Part shown: positions 49,111-57,612 of the stretch, piece by piece
Position numbering within the stretch: position 1 is the first letter of the stretch
Layout: each line of letters starts with the position of its first letter
From: a virus
Lineage: Duplodnaviria; Caudoviricetes
Reading direction: 5' to 3' (one strand)
IMG/VR virus record: IMGVR_UViG_3300010371_000007
Location: 1-57,735 of that record
Length of the DNA stretch: 57,735 bases
The notes under the pieces: generated by a model
What the model was told of the DNA's origin: nothing
Database searches by the model: none
What the model saw: the letters and a program-made list of their open reading frames with translations, nothing else
Translations under genes and position numbers: made by a program

Positions 49111-49139
49111 ATATTACATTTAACTGGTGGTTAAGTCAA
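49111..49139 (-). promoter_or_regulatory. Sigma70-type promoter for the AAA/vWA operon
   Basis: TTGACT-N17-TAATAT on the minus strand. Confidence 0.75.
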
Positions 49140-49334
49140 GTCGTACTGGTCGAGCCAGTACTTCGCCCGGGCGTAGCCCGGCGCGACCACGACCGTGAAG
49201 TCCTTGCCGTCCACCATCTCGCAGCGACAGCTCAGCTGCAGGCGGTCCAGCTCGTCCAGCAGGGTCGCCAGCCGCTCGCGGTCGTTGTCCCGAAGCTTCT
49301 GCCAGTCGACGAGGGTGGCGTGCCGGTTACTCAC
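49131..49334 (-). CDS. Small hypothetical protein (67 aa)
   Basis: GTG overlapping the upstream stop. Confidence 0.5.
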   Translation of the reverse strand: MSNRHATLVDWQKLRDNDRERLATLLDELDRLQLSCRCEMVDGKDFTVVVAPGYARAKYWLDQYDLT

Positions 49335-50433
49335 TGTCGCCGCCCTGCAGCATCCACTTCTCGAACGCCAGCAGCGTCGGACCAGCTGCCGAGGTGGACG
49401 CGTTGTAACGCAGGTGGTCGAGGTGCCACATGAGGTAGCCGACCGGGCAGTTGGCGTCGGGCACACTGGCCAGCGCCTGCTTCAACAGGCTGACCGCAGC
49501 GAGGTACACGCGCTGGCGCTGCGCGCTGCCCGTTCCCTTGCCCACCACGTCGCCGGCCGGCATCGCGAACATCCGGGGCATCATGTCGTACATGTCGCGG
49601 ATCTGGCGCTGCACGTTCTTCGGCGGCTCGCCGCCGGGGTCCTTGTCGAACGGGCTGGCGCCCTTGCTCGCGGTCATGTGTGGCTGGGGCAGGCCGTACT
49701 GGCCCGCGCCTTCCACCTGCGGCGGCTCCTGCGCGGCGGGCGGTGGGGGGGCCGCATGGGGAGTACCACCCGACAGCCCGACGTCCATGGCGGGCGCGCT
49801 GGTGGCCTCCCGCGGCGTGTGGCGCGCGGCCTCGATCTGCTCGGCGGTCGCCGCCGGCATGCTGATCTGCGCGCCCATGACCGGGGTCTGCACCATCACC
49901 GGCGCTGCCGCGGCCGGCTCGACGCTGAACTCGCCCTCGATCGTGGTCGGCTGCAGGTCCAGCGTCTGCGGCGCCGGCGGCGTGGCGGCGACTGGCACGG
50001 GCTGCGGGAACGGGTCGGGTGTGGGCGCCGGCGCCGGCGCAGGCTGCGCGGCCGGCGGTGCGACCGGTGCGACCACGGGCGCAGGCACGGGCTTGAACCG
50101 CGGCTGGATATAGCTGAGCGGCTGCCACGCACCGTCGACGCCCACGTAGAGGTTGTCGGGGATCGGCGCGCCGACCTTCTCGCACAGGTCGACGAGCAGC
50201 TGGGCGAACACGTAGGGGTGCGCGATGCGCGGCCAGTCCTGCGACTGGAACGCCGGCAGCGATGACAGCTCGGTCCAGCCGGCCTCCATGCGCGGGTTGC
50301 GGGCATAGAAGTCCTGCGGGTTGGCACCGTGCTGCTGCACGATGCTGGTCAGGAACTCCAGCTGGTCGGGCGTGCCGGTGAACATGGCGAGCAGGTTCTG
50401 CACCGGCTCGTAATTGTTGGGAAGCTGAATCAT
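49327..50433 (-). CDS. Two-domain protein with a long Pro/Ala linker
   Basis: GGAG RBS; strong codon bias. Confidence 0.7.
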   Translation of the reverse strand: MIQLPNNYEPVQNLLAMFTGTPDQLEFLTSIVQQHGANPQDFYARNPRMEAGWTELSSLPAFQSQDWPRIAHPYVFAQLLVDLCEKVGAPIPDNLYVGVDGAWQPLSYIQPRFKPVPAPVVAPVAPPAAQPAPAPAPTPDPFPQPVPVAATPPAPQTLDLQPTTIEGEFSVEPAAAAPVMVQTPVMGAQISMPAATAEQIEAARHTPREATSAPAMDVGLSGGTPHAAPPPPAAQEPPQVEGAGQYGLPQPHMTASKGASPFDKDPGGEPPKNVQRQIRDMYDMMPRMFAMPAGDVVGKGTGSAQRQRVYLAAVSLLKQALASVPDANCPVGYLMWHLDHLRYNASTSAAGPTLLAFEKWMLQGGDSE

Positions 50434-50444
50434 GGAGGGAACTC

Positions 50445-50639
50445 CTAGTCGGACAGGCGCAGGGATGCGCGGGCGGCGCGGGCAAGGTCACGAGCGTACG
50501 CCAGTGCCTGTTCCGCAGTAAGCATGGACACGACCACACCACCGTCTTCGGTGTCGGTGTCCACGCGGACGAGGCTCGGCGCGACCGCGCACACGACGTG
50601 CACGTGGTCGGCCAAGATGGGGGCGAGTTCACGCGCCAT
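50445..50639 (-). CDS. Hypothetical protein
   Basis: Overlaps the upstream stop. Confidence 0.5.
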   Translation of the reverse strand: MARELAPILADHVHVVCAVAPSLVRVDTDTEDGGVVVSMLTAEQALAYARDLARAARASLRLSD

Positions 50640-50979
50640 CGGGGGCGCGCTGCAGCTTCACGGGGACGAACCGGGTTTCGTTGCGCGCCGCGGCATTGGC
50701 ACGGATGACGTAGGCCGTCGCCGCGGCCGGTCCGTGGAACAGCTGGTTGACGTACAGCTGGTCACCGCTGTCCCATACCGCCCACACCGGCTCGACACCG
50801 GGTGGTGCGATGCGGTACTCGCATTCGGTGAAGTTCAGCAGGTGCGGGTGGCTGGATACCTTCGTCCACGTATCAGGGGCAGCAAACTCGGGCTGCGCGC
50901 TGCGCCGTTTGCGGACTTCGACAACCTTGCCCGCAGCGATGGCGGTGAGGATGGACAGCTGGTGCTCGAATGCGTTCAT
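50629..50979 (-). CDS. Hypothetical protein
   Basis: GGAG RBS; AGK-VE...W......NF...EYRI-P pattern common in phage early genes. Confidence 0.65.
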   Translation of the reverse strand: MNAFEHQLSILTAIAAGKVVEVRKRRSAQPEFAAPDTWTKVSSHPHLLNFTECEYRIAPPGVEPVWAVWDSGDQLYVNQLFHGPAAATAYVIRANAAARNETRFVPVKLQRAPDGA

Positions 50980-51033
50980 GGTGTTCTCCGAATGGCGCCG
51001 CGTCGCGCGGCAAAAAGCGATTGATGATAAGTG

Positions 51034-51354
51034 TTACTGCGGATCGAGCAGCCAGTCAAGGCCATACTGGTCGTTGGCTGCGCGGATGCAGCTGCTCGCG
51101 GCCGACGTTTGGGGGATACACACGAGTCCGCCGTTTCCGATCAGGGGTAGCCAGCCGCGCAACTCGGCCGCCGTCGTGTCGGCTTCGATGATCGCAAGCT
51201 GCCCGCTCGGGGTCACGAACACCCATCGTGAACGGTGCTTGTTCGCCAACCTGCATACCTCCGCGACCACGTTCGGCGAGGGCGTGATGCCGCACGCCGC
51301 CGCGATACCCAGCACCACTTGAGACTCCGTGACTGTATCGCGCATGGCGGTCAC
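51034..51354 (-). CDS. Hypothetical protein
   Basis: Packed ORF. Confidence 0.5.
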   Translation of the reverse strand: MTAMRDTVTESQVVLGIAAACGITPSPNVVAEVCRLANKHRSRWVFVTPSGQLAIIEADTTAAELRGWLPLIGNGGLVCIPQTSAASSCIRAANDQYGLDWLLDPQ

Positions 51355-51584
51355 CCGAAGATCTGGAACGCGGCGGCGGCGCCGACGAGCAGGTGTACGA
51401 AGCGCCAGAATGACGCCGCGCTCGAAAACCGGGTGTACTCACGAACGCCGGCGGTGTCGTTCACCATGCGTGCGTTCGCGTTCATCGCCTTTGCGATGCC
51501 CACCAGCCGGCTGAAGTGCCAGACGGAGTACGCACAGTACAGCGCGACCATTCCACAAACCCACATCCACAGGAAGTGCAACAT
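51351..51584 (-). CDS. Small two-TM membrane protein
   Basis: AAGGAG RBS; two hydrophobic helices. Confidence 0.6.
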   Translation of the reverse strand: MLHFLWMWVCGMVALYCAYSVWHFSRLVGIAKAMNANARMVNDTAGVREYTRFSSAASFWRFVHLLVGAAAAFQIFG

Positions 51585-51595
51585 GTCGTTCTCCT

Positions 51596-51715
51596 TCAGA
51601 GATGACTGAACGCCACGGCCAGCAGGCCGAGCGCGGTGGTGATGACAGTGACGAGCAGGGACAGCACGACGGCGATCCCCCACTGCGTCGCGGTGAGCGG
51701 CGTGTACGGTTTCAT
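51596..51715 (-). CDS. 39-aa single-TM peptide
   Basis: GGAGG RBS; WGIAVVLSLLVTVITTALGLLAVAF. Confidence 0.55.
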   Translation of the reverse strand: MKPYTPLTATQWGIAVVLSLLVTVITTALGLLAVAFSHL

Positions 51716-51888
51716 TCGTCGTCCTCCAGATACTTCGTCAGGATGATGTTGAGCTGGCCGAGCAGTCCCTGCACGCGGCGGAACGTGTCCACCTCGGGCC
51801 AGCGCTGCCGGCAACGACTGGTGTCCGCGCTCAGCTTCCGCACCTTCTCGCGCAGCGTGAACGCGCTCTCTCGCTGGATGTCGTTCAT
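51712..51888 (-). CDS. Small hypothetical protein (58 aa, MNDIQRESAF...), not in the ORF track
   Basis: Translated by hand; ATGA coupling at both ends, GAGGA RBS. Confidence 0.55.
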   Translation of the reverse strand: MNDIQRESAFTLREKVRKLSADTSRCRQRWPEVDTFRRVQGLLGQLNIILTKYLEDDE

Positions 51889-52214
51889 GACACGATCCTC
51901 GGTGTGGCCCAGTCGGCGGCGTAGCCCGGTGCGAACCGCGCACCCACGGTCATGTGGTTCATCGCCTCGTTGATCGTCTGCGTCAGCTCGATCGCACTCA
52001 GGTCCGCGAGGTGGTCAACGTCCACGACGTAGTGCCGCTGCATCTGCTTCAGCATGCCGACAACGCCCAGCTGCAGCACCTGCATGGCGGGGACGTCGGG
52101 TGCGTTCTCACGGTGCGCGCACTCGACCACCGTCGCGGCGTATCGCTCGCCGATGGTGGCGCATGCCACCACGAACCGCCCTTGCTGCACCAGCTTCTCG
52201 TAGTCACGATTCAT
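51885..52214 (-). CDS. Hypothetical protein
   Basis: GGAGG RBS immediately below palindrome 6. Confidence 0.65.
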   Translation of the reverse strand: MNRDYEKLVQQGRFVVACATIGERYAATVVECAHRENAPDVPAMQVLQLGVVGMLKQMQRHYVVDVDHLADLSAIELTQTINEAMNHMTVGARFAPGYAADWATPRIVS

Positions 52215-52569
52215 TGCACACCTCCGTTACCGACTCGGTAACCGGCGCGGCAACGGAATCCACCAGCTTCGACTTCTCGCGGTCGATGGACGGGAGCGCT
52301 GCGGCAGCGTCGGGCGCCGGCTGCGGCAGCGCGGACAGCTTGATGCCGAGGATCGCCAGCTCATGCTCGATCTTGCGGGCGCGGTCGGCGAACACCGAGC
52401 GCACCTCGTCGACGGTGAGCCGCAGCGTGACGTCGCCTACATCGGCGTTTACGGTGGCGCTGTTGTCGTGCTGGGCAAGTGAAGCGATCACGCGCTCGAT
52501 CTGTTCGAGATCGAGCAACAGGGCCGCGGTGCGCTTGCGGTTGTCGGGGCCGTACAGGACACAGGACAT
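52204..52569 (-). CDS. Hypothetical protein
   Basis: AGGAG RBS. Confidence 0.6.
   Translation of the reverse strand: MSCVLYGPDNRKRTAALLLDLEQIERVIASLAQHDNSATVNADVGDVTLRLTVDEVRSVFADRARKIEHELAILGIKLSALPQPAPDAAAALPSIDREKSKLVDSVAAPVTESVTEVCNES
52226..52242. promoter_or_regulatory. 17-bp palindrome copy 6 (GTTACCGACTCGGTAAC)
   Basis: Inside the 3' end of 52204..52569 (codes VTESVT); adjacent to the next RBS. Confidence 0.85.
52304..52360. repeat. 57-bp direct repeat, copy A
   Basis: Matches 53105-53161 with one mismatch. Confidence 0.9.
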
Positions 52570-52571
52570 GG

Positions 52572-52844
52572 TTAAACTCCTAGCCGGCCGAGCAGATGCT
52601 GGCCTTCGGCGTGTGGGTTGAGGTAGTAGACGGGAACTTCGAGGAAGAACTGTGCGGCGTCTTCAGGAAGCCGGTAGTTCAGGTATTTGAGGTCGAGGTA
52701 GGCCCTCCCCGGTAGCTGCCGAAACGAACAACCGATGGTTTGCGCCAGCTCCGTCAGCTGGTAGAACAACGCCGTGTCTTCGTCGTCGAGCACGATGAAC
52801 CGCTTCATCCATCCGGGTTTCGCGAACTCGAACGCGCGGATCAT
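52572..52844 (-). CDS. Hypothetical protein
   Basis: ATGA coupling. Confidence 0.6.
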   Translation of the reverse strand: MIRAFEFAKPGWMKRFIVLDDEDTALFYQLTELAQTIGCSFRQLPGRAYLDLKYLNYRLPEDAAQFFLEVPVYYLNPHAEGQHLLGRLGV

Positions 52845-53095
52845 GGGTCACCCATTGCAGCGATGATGTGTAGCAGTGCAGCTGCTTGTTCGTCCGGCAT
52901 CACGAACACGGCGACGGTGGGCACCGGGCGAGCCGTTTCACCGGACGCCACGACAATGTGCTGGAAGAACGCCAGCTCGTTCAGTGCTACCAAGGACGCC
53001 GTGCTGCCCTTGCGAGCGACCACTTCGCATATCAGTCCCTCGGACATGGCGCACCGCGAGTCGTACAGGCGGTATATCCGGAACTCCTCGTTCAT
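52841..53095 (-). CDS. Hypothetical protein
   Basis: ATGA coupling. Confidence 0.55.
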   Translation of the reverse strand: MNEEFRIYRLYDSRCAMSEGLICEVVARKGSTASLVALNELAFFQHIVVASGETARPVPTVAVFVMPDEQAAALLHIIAAMGDP

Positions 53096-53454
53096 GGCGC
53101 CGGAGCAGCGTCGGGCGCAGGCTGCGGCAGCGCGGACAGCTTGATGCCGAGGATCGCCAGCATGAGCGCGTCGTACGACTTGACGATGCGCTGCAGGCGA
53201 TCGCGCTCGATCTGCAGATCCTTGATCGCGCAGCGGCGCTGCGTCAGTTCCTGTCCCTGCACGCGCAGCATCGCCTTCGCGCGGCTCACTCGGTTACTCA
53301 GGTCCACGTTCAACAGCGCAAGCCGATCAAGCTGCGTGGTGAGTTGTGCGATGGTCTGTTCCTGCGCGGTGACCTGCGCCTCCAGCTGCATGTTCTCGGA
53401 CAGCAAGTGGTCCAGCGCGCAGTCGGATTTCGTCGGAACGATCAGGTTCGTCAT
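53092..53454 (-). CDS. Coiled-coil protein (120 aa)
   Basis: GGAG RBS; heptad repeats. Confidence 0.65.
   Translation of the reverse strand: MTNLIVPTKSDCALDHLLSENMQLEAQVTAQEQTIAQLTTQLDRLALLNVDLSNRVSRAKAMLRVQGQELTQRRCAIKDLQIERDRLQRIVKSYDALMLAILGIKLSALPQPAPDAAPAP
53105..53161. repeat. 57-bp direct repeat, copy B
   Basis: Matches 52304-52360 with one mismatch. Confidence 0.9.
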
Positions 53455-53528
53455 GGTTGTTTCTCCGTGAGGGTGAGTGGCCAACAGGGTCATTTTTGCA
53501 TGAAAAACTTTTTGATGATAAGTGACCG

Positions 53529-55043
53529 TCACAGCAGTGCTGCGATGGTGTCGACCTCGCTCGCGGGGATGTCGTGGCAACCGATCACGAGCGATCCATC
53601 CGTGCGGATCGTGGACAGGGGGTAGTTACCGACCCGGTAACCTTCGGCCGTCAACCGCGTCGCCAACTGGGTCGTCCCTTCCACGTCACCACGAACACGC
53701 TGCAGCAGGCGCCACAAGCGACGCGCCGACTCCGCCGGAACACGCGCACCCCAGCTCGTCTCGACGACATCCCCGACCAACCGCAGCAGCGGCGTGGTGG
53801 TGTGGCCGATGCTCCCCATCCCCGCACGCCATGCGTCGACGGCTGCCGCCTCACGCGCTGCGCGGTTCGCTTCCCACTCGGCGAGTGCCTCTTCCGCAGC
53901 GACGCTGCGTTCTGCCAGTGCAGACAGCTGGACGTTGATGGGGTGTGTCGGCGGGAACGCCGCCATGTCGCGAACAGTCTTCTGGTACATGGCCAACCAC
54001 GACGCCAGCTGCGGCATGTCTACCGTGGCCGTTCCGCGAAGTGCGACCAACCGTTCCTCACAGTCCGCGACGACGGCTGATCGCTCAAGCCGCCGACGCA
54101 GGTCGACCACGCGCGCCGGGACGGGGATACCACAATAGCTCGCGATGTTGATGCTATGGTCGATCCAAGCGCCGCTGCTCGTATCCTTCCGCGTGTCGCG
54201 CTGCGCGCGCTCCGTCGTCTGCCACGCGCGCCGCAGGTTGTGCATGGCGGCCGTGCGGCGTTCTTGTCGGATCTCTGCAGTCACCTGCTGCCGCACGGCC
54301 TCGATCTGATCGACGGACGGTACACCTTGCGGACGCACGAACCGTTTCCCGCACTCCTTCGCGAGCAGCTGCAGCTGACTGACTGCCTGCGCCAGACTGT
54401 CCAACGCATGCTCCCGTGACGACAGGCTGAGCGCAGCATCGGAGGCCATCTCCCAACCGCGCACCGCGCGACCAACCGCGTCGGCACGACGCGCCGCACG
54501 TGACGGCTCGCCGAGCGCCGCTGCTCGCTTCGCCCATGCGTCGACAGGCAGGCCCAGTGCGTTGACCACAGCACGGTGCAATGCTGCCATCCCGCGCTGG
54601 CGCGGCGCCCGCTGGATCATGCGCATGGCATCGTCCAGCCGCTGGTGCGCGGTATCGACCAGTGTCTCCCTTACGAACGACTCGCGCTTTTTCGCCGCGG
54701 CCTGCCGGTACTTCTCGCTGGCGTCCCGCACCAGCCACGCCGCCAGTCGCCTCTCCCAACCGTCACGCTGCAGGTCCATCGCATGCAGACTCTCGCACTG
54801 GACCACGGTCGCGCCACGGGGTATCGCTCGACGCACCCACGACTGGTGTTTGCTCGTCGTGATGCTGAACCGACCCACGTCGACCACGAACAACGTGGGT
54901 GCAACACGAACGGCGATGGTGGTGTTGTAGCTGTACAGTATGCCGCCCGCGAACGACACGTTCCCTCCGGGGTTACGCGCGCTGTCCTGTGTGGCATGTG
55001 CCCACAGGTGGGCAATCTCAGTGGATGGATACACGGTCTTCAT
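53529..55043 (-). CDS. Large early protein of unknown function (504 aa)
   Basis: GAGGAG RBS; EIAHLWA...YSY...TTSKHQ and VETS-GA-VP...IGCH-I segments look like conserved motifs. Confidence 0.7.
   Translation of the reverse strand: MKTVYPSTEIAHLWAHATQDSARNPGGNVSFAGGILYSYNTTIAVRVAPTLFVVDVGRFSITTSKHQSWVRRAIPRGATVVQCESLHAMDLQRDGWERRLAAWLVRDASEKYRQAAAKKRESFVRETLVDTAHQRLDDAMRMIQRAPRQRGMAALHRAVVNALGLPVDAWAKRAAALGEPSRAARRADAVGRAVRGWEMASDAALSLSSREHALDSLAQAVSQLQLLAKECGKRFVRPQGVPSVDQIEAVRQQVTAEIRQERRTAAMHNLRRAWQTTERAQRDTRKDTSSGAWIDHSINIASYCGIPVPARVVDLRRRLERSAVVADCEERLVALRGTATVDMPQLASWLAMYQKTVRDMAAFPPTHPINVQLSALAERSVAAEEALAEWEANRAAREAAAVDAWRAGMGSIGHTTTPLLRLVGDVVETSWGARVPAESARRLWRLLQRVRGDVEGTTQLATRLTAEGYRVGNYPLSTIRTDGSLVIGCHDIPASEVDTIAALL
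53625..53641. promoter_or_regulatory. 17-bp palindrome copy 7 (GTTACCGACCCGGTAAC)
   Basis: Inside the coding sequence (YRVGN), about 100 nt before the stop. Confidence 0.85.
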
Positions 55044-55103
55044 GGTGTAGCTCCTCAAGGGCCGATGGCCCGTTGGCTATGTGCCGATGGCACAGGTGGT
55101 GAA

Positions 55104-55685
55104 TCACTTCGCGGTTACCGACTCGGTAACCGTCACGGACGGCGACGCCCGCATCTCGTGCAGTATCTCATCGGCCAGCTGCCGCGCTTCCTCCATGATG
55201 TTCGCCTCGCTGCCGGGCAGACCCCAGTCCATGCCGCCCAACGAGGACGACCGCTCTGTCGGCGCGCCGTACGCATCCTGCAGCGCCACGGTGACGACCG
55301 CCCAACACCAGTCGTCGCGCAGCCAGCCACGCAGGGTATCCATGTCCTGCTGCACAGCCAGCGCCGCGATGCGCCGACGCGTCAACGGCAGCCCGCGCAG
55401 CAGCTGGTCGCGGCGTGTCTCGTCACTGATCCCCCACCCATCGCGCAGGGCGGTCTGCTGGGCCTTCTGGACGTCGTACACCCACGCCGTGCCGTCGTCG
55501 ATGTGCAGCACGCGCTCGCCCGGCGCGGTCGGACAGTGGACATGCCCTCGGAACGTCCGTTCCTCGACCGGTCCGTGCCCGTCGTGCTCGATCCACGGGG
55601 GACCCATGCCGCCGTCCCGATCGACCGCCACGAGGAAATGACGTCCGCCATACGCGAGCGGCTCGATGTGCAGTGTCCCGATCAT
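55104..55685 (-). CDS. Early hypothetical protein (193 aa)
   Basis: ATGA coupling; LRGW..D.W...V.V...SLGG pattern. Confidence 0.65.
   Translation of the reverse strand: MIGTLHIEPLAYGGRHFLVAVDRDGGMGPPWIEHDGHGPVEERTFRGHVHCPTAPGERVLHIDDGTAWVYDVQKAQQTALRDGWGISDETRRDQLLRGLPLTRRRIAALAVQQDMDTLRGWLRDDWCWAVVTVALQDAYGAPTERSSSLGGMDWGLPGSEANIMEEARQLADEILHEMRASPSVTVTESVTAK
55114..55130. promoter_or_regulatory. 17-bp palindrome copy 8 (GTTACCGACTCGGTAAC)
   Basis: In the last codons of 55104..55685 (VTESVT). Confidence 0.85.
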
Positions 55686-55831
55686 GGCGACACCCCCAGC
55701 AGGCGGGACAGGACGAGGACGGCGGCGAGCAGCGCACCGCGGACGAGCCACGGCACGACGTTGACGGTGTGCCGCCGGACTGGCGCGGTCGGGTATCGGA
55801 ACGTGGGGGTGACGCGGTGGGTGCGGCTCAT
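55682..55831 (-). CDS. Small TM peptide (49 aa)
   Basis: ATGA coupling; C-terminal hydrophobic helix. Confidence 0.5.
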   Translation of the reverse strand: MSRTHRVTPTFRYPTAPVRRHTVNVVPWLVRGALLAAVLVLSRLLGVSP

Positions 55832-56037
55832 GACGCGAACGCCATGCAGTCGGCGAACGGGACGCCCGCCGCCACGTCGCAGCCGATGGCGTAGGCCACG
55901 TCGGCTGACACGTGCGACGCGCACCAGCGCATCTGCCAGAGGGTGAGTGGCATGGTGGTGAACCCACGGTACGCGAACTCGCGGACGAGTCCGTCTACGT
56001 AGTCGCGCTCTTCGGGTGATCGACTCTGAACGTTCAT
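55828..56037 (-). CDS. Early hypothetical protein
   Basis: AAGGAG RBS just below palindrome 9. Confidence 0.6.
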   Translation of the reverse strand: MNVQSRSPEERDYVDGLVREFAYRGFTTMPLTLWQMRWCASHVSADVAYAIGCDVAAGVPFADCMAFAS

Positions 56038-56059
56038 GACGCTAGCTCCTTCAGGCTAG

Positions 56060-56076
56060 GTTACCGACTCGGTAAC
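56060..56076. promoter_or_regulatory. 17-bp palindrome copy 9 (GTTACCGACTCGGTAAC)
   Basis: Read directly; intergenic. Confidence 0.85.
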
Positions 56077-56142
56077 CGGTAAGGTCAGCGCGTCGCCGTC
56101 GCAGACGGTGACCACGCGGACTGAGGGTGTATCACGGGGTAC

Positions 56143-56922
56143 TCACCGCAGGCGGGACCACGGTACGCGCGGCCGAGATCCGGACGCTTTCCAGTCGCAT
56201 ATCGTGTCGCCGTCGACCACGGCATGGCTGTAGACGCGGCCATGCCGCGTCACCCGTGCCCGGTCGCACACGGTGGCATGGGCGCACACCACGGCGTCGC
56301 CCTCGACGATGGCACGGTCGCGCACCACGGCGTGGCTGTACACGCGGGCACGGTCACGGATGACCGCCGTGCCGCGCACCTGCGCATCGCCTTGCACCTG
56401 CGCCGCGTCGATCACCATGGCATCGTCGTACACCCAGCCGTCGCCGTCGTGCGACAGGTTGTACTCCGACTCGACCCAGCCGCCGACGTCGCCCTCGTGC
56501 ACTCGGTTGTCGCCCACACCGAACGGGATGATGGCGACGATGCGATGCAGTACGCGGTTCGGGTTGTCCCGTGTGGGCAGGGGCAGTGTCGCGCCGGTCA
56601 GTGCGTATTTGGGTTCGCCACGCTTGCGCTGGTGCGGCTGCGGATTCGCCGTGTAGGCCGGGGGCAAGACGATCGATGGCTTCCGCGCAGGGTGCAGGGC
56701 CAGCCACTTCGCCACCGCCTCGTTGTAGCGCTTCAGGGACGGCCAGCGCTCGACTGGAATCGTCCGGGGGTCGACGGTCGGGTCGAACGTGGCGAACGCC
56801 TGCGGGCTGGCAGGGCGCGGGGAGTGCGGTTCGCTGAACGCCGGATCAAGCGGACCGGGCAGGGCAGGGGGGTCGATGGGGATGATGGGCAGGAACGTGC
56901 GTTCGCGGGGTAGGCGGGGCAT
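56143..56922 (-). CDS. First early gene: Pro-rich N-terminus + left-handed beta-helix (hexapeptide) domain
   Basis: GGAGG RBS; G..GGWVESE.NL...WVYDDA followed by V.G.A.V hexad repeats. Confidence 0.75.
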   Translation of the reverse strand: MPRLPRERTFLPIIPIDPPALPGPLDPAFSEPHSPRPASPQAFATFDPTVDPRTIPVERWPSLKRYNEAVAKWLALHPARKPSIVLPPAYTANPQPHQRKRGEPKYALTGATLPLPTRDNPNRVLHRIVAIIPFGVGDNRVHEGDVGGWVESEYNLSHDGDGWVYDDAMVIDAAQVQGDAQVRGTAVIRDRARVYSHAVVRDRAIVEGDAVVCAHATVCDRARVTRHGRVYSHAVVDGDTICDWKASGSRPRVPWSRLR

Positions 56923-56965
56923 GAGTGGCCTCCAGTGAGGTGGATGGTTACCGTGGCGCCATGCG

Positions 56966-56982
56966 GTTACCGAGTCGGTAAC
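56966..56982. promoter_or_regulatory. 17-bp palindrome copy 10 (GTTACCGAGTCGGTAAC)
   Basis: In the leader below the major early promoter; extra half-site GTTACCG at 56947-56953. Confidence 0.85.
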
Positions 56983-57018
56983 CTGCGTTCGGTGGGCACG
57001 GTTCTCTCAGATGGTCAC

Positions 57019-57047
57019 ATTATTACACGAAACAGGTGTCGTGTCAA
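57019..57047 (-). promoter_or_regulatory. Major early sigma70-type promoter
   Basis: TTGACA-N17-AATAAT with extended -10 TG. Confidence 0.75.
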
Positions 57048-57049
57048 GG

Positions 57050-57612
57050 TGCTGGGTGGCCGTGAAACGGCGAGCGTAGGGCGCGTTTCGATATACTTGG
57101 GTACGGTGGGTGAAAAGAGGGGTGGTCCCCATTTATGGACCCATGAGGGGTTTTGGGCGCAAATCGTGTGCCCCGAAATCCCGCCAAAAGTCGCGCATAG
57201 GTTCAATTTTTTCTCAAACCAAATCCGTTAAACTTATACGATTCTATATAACTCTAGTTACCTAAAAATAGATATATATATAGTGTTTTGTTCGTGTACG
57301 CGTTTGTTCATGCTGTGCAGCTGCTGTACGTCGTGGCGTACGAGCTTTTTAAAGGGGGTGTTTAATTTTACAATTAAAGCTGTCGTGCATGCACGAGGCA
57401 CTTTTATGGCGTTAGAGTCTATAGCGAAAAACACGCTTGAATCGTACAAAGTACTCTGTAGAGTGCCAAACATACATTCTACGATTTTTTATTTTGCGTG
57501 TTTTGTGACGTAAGGTTCTACAGCCGATTTTTTTCAATACTTACATTTCGAGACTTTTATGCTCGTGCGTCACCGCGTGCCGTCGCCATACATGACGTTA
57601 GTGCTGAAACTT
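57050..57612. other. AT-rich non-coding region (candidate origin or genome-end/packaging region)
   Basis: Sharp drop in GC, T-tracts and a TA run near 57270, no credible ORF. Confidence 0.55.

Noticed and set aside
34198-51340. Half or degenerate palindrome sites (e.g. 34198, 44680, 46324, and VTES-coding DNA near 51325)
   Set aside because: Only one arm matches; 7-mers occur by chance at this genome size.
42056-57000. Palindrome copies as a CRISPR array
   Set aside because: Copies are 0.9-4.4 kb apart, some lie inside genes, there are no regular spacers and no cas operon.
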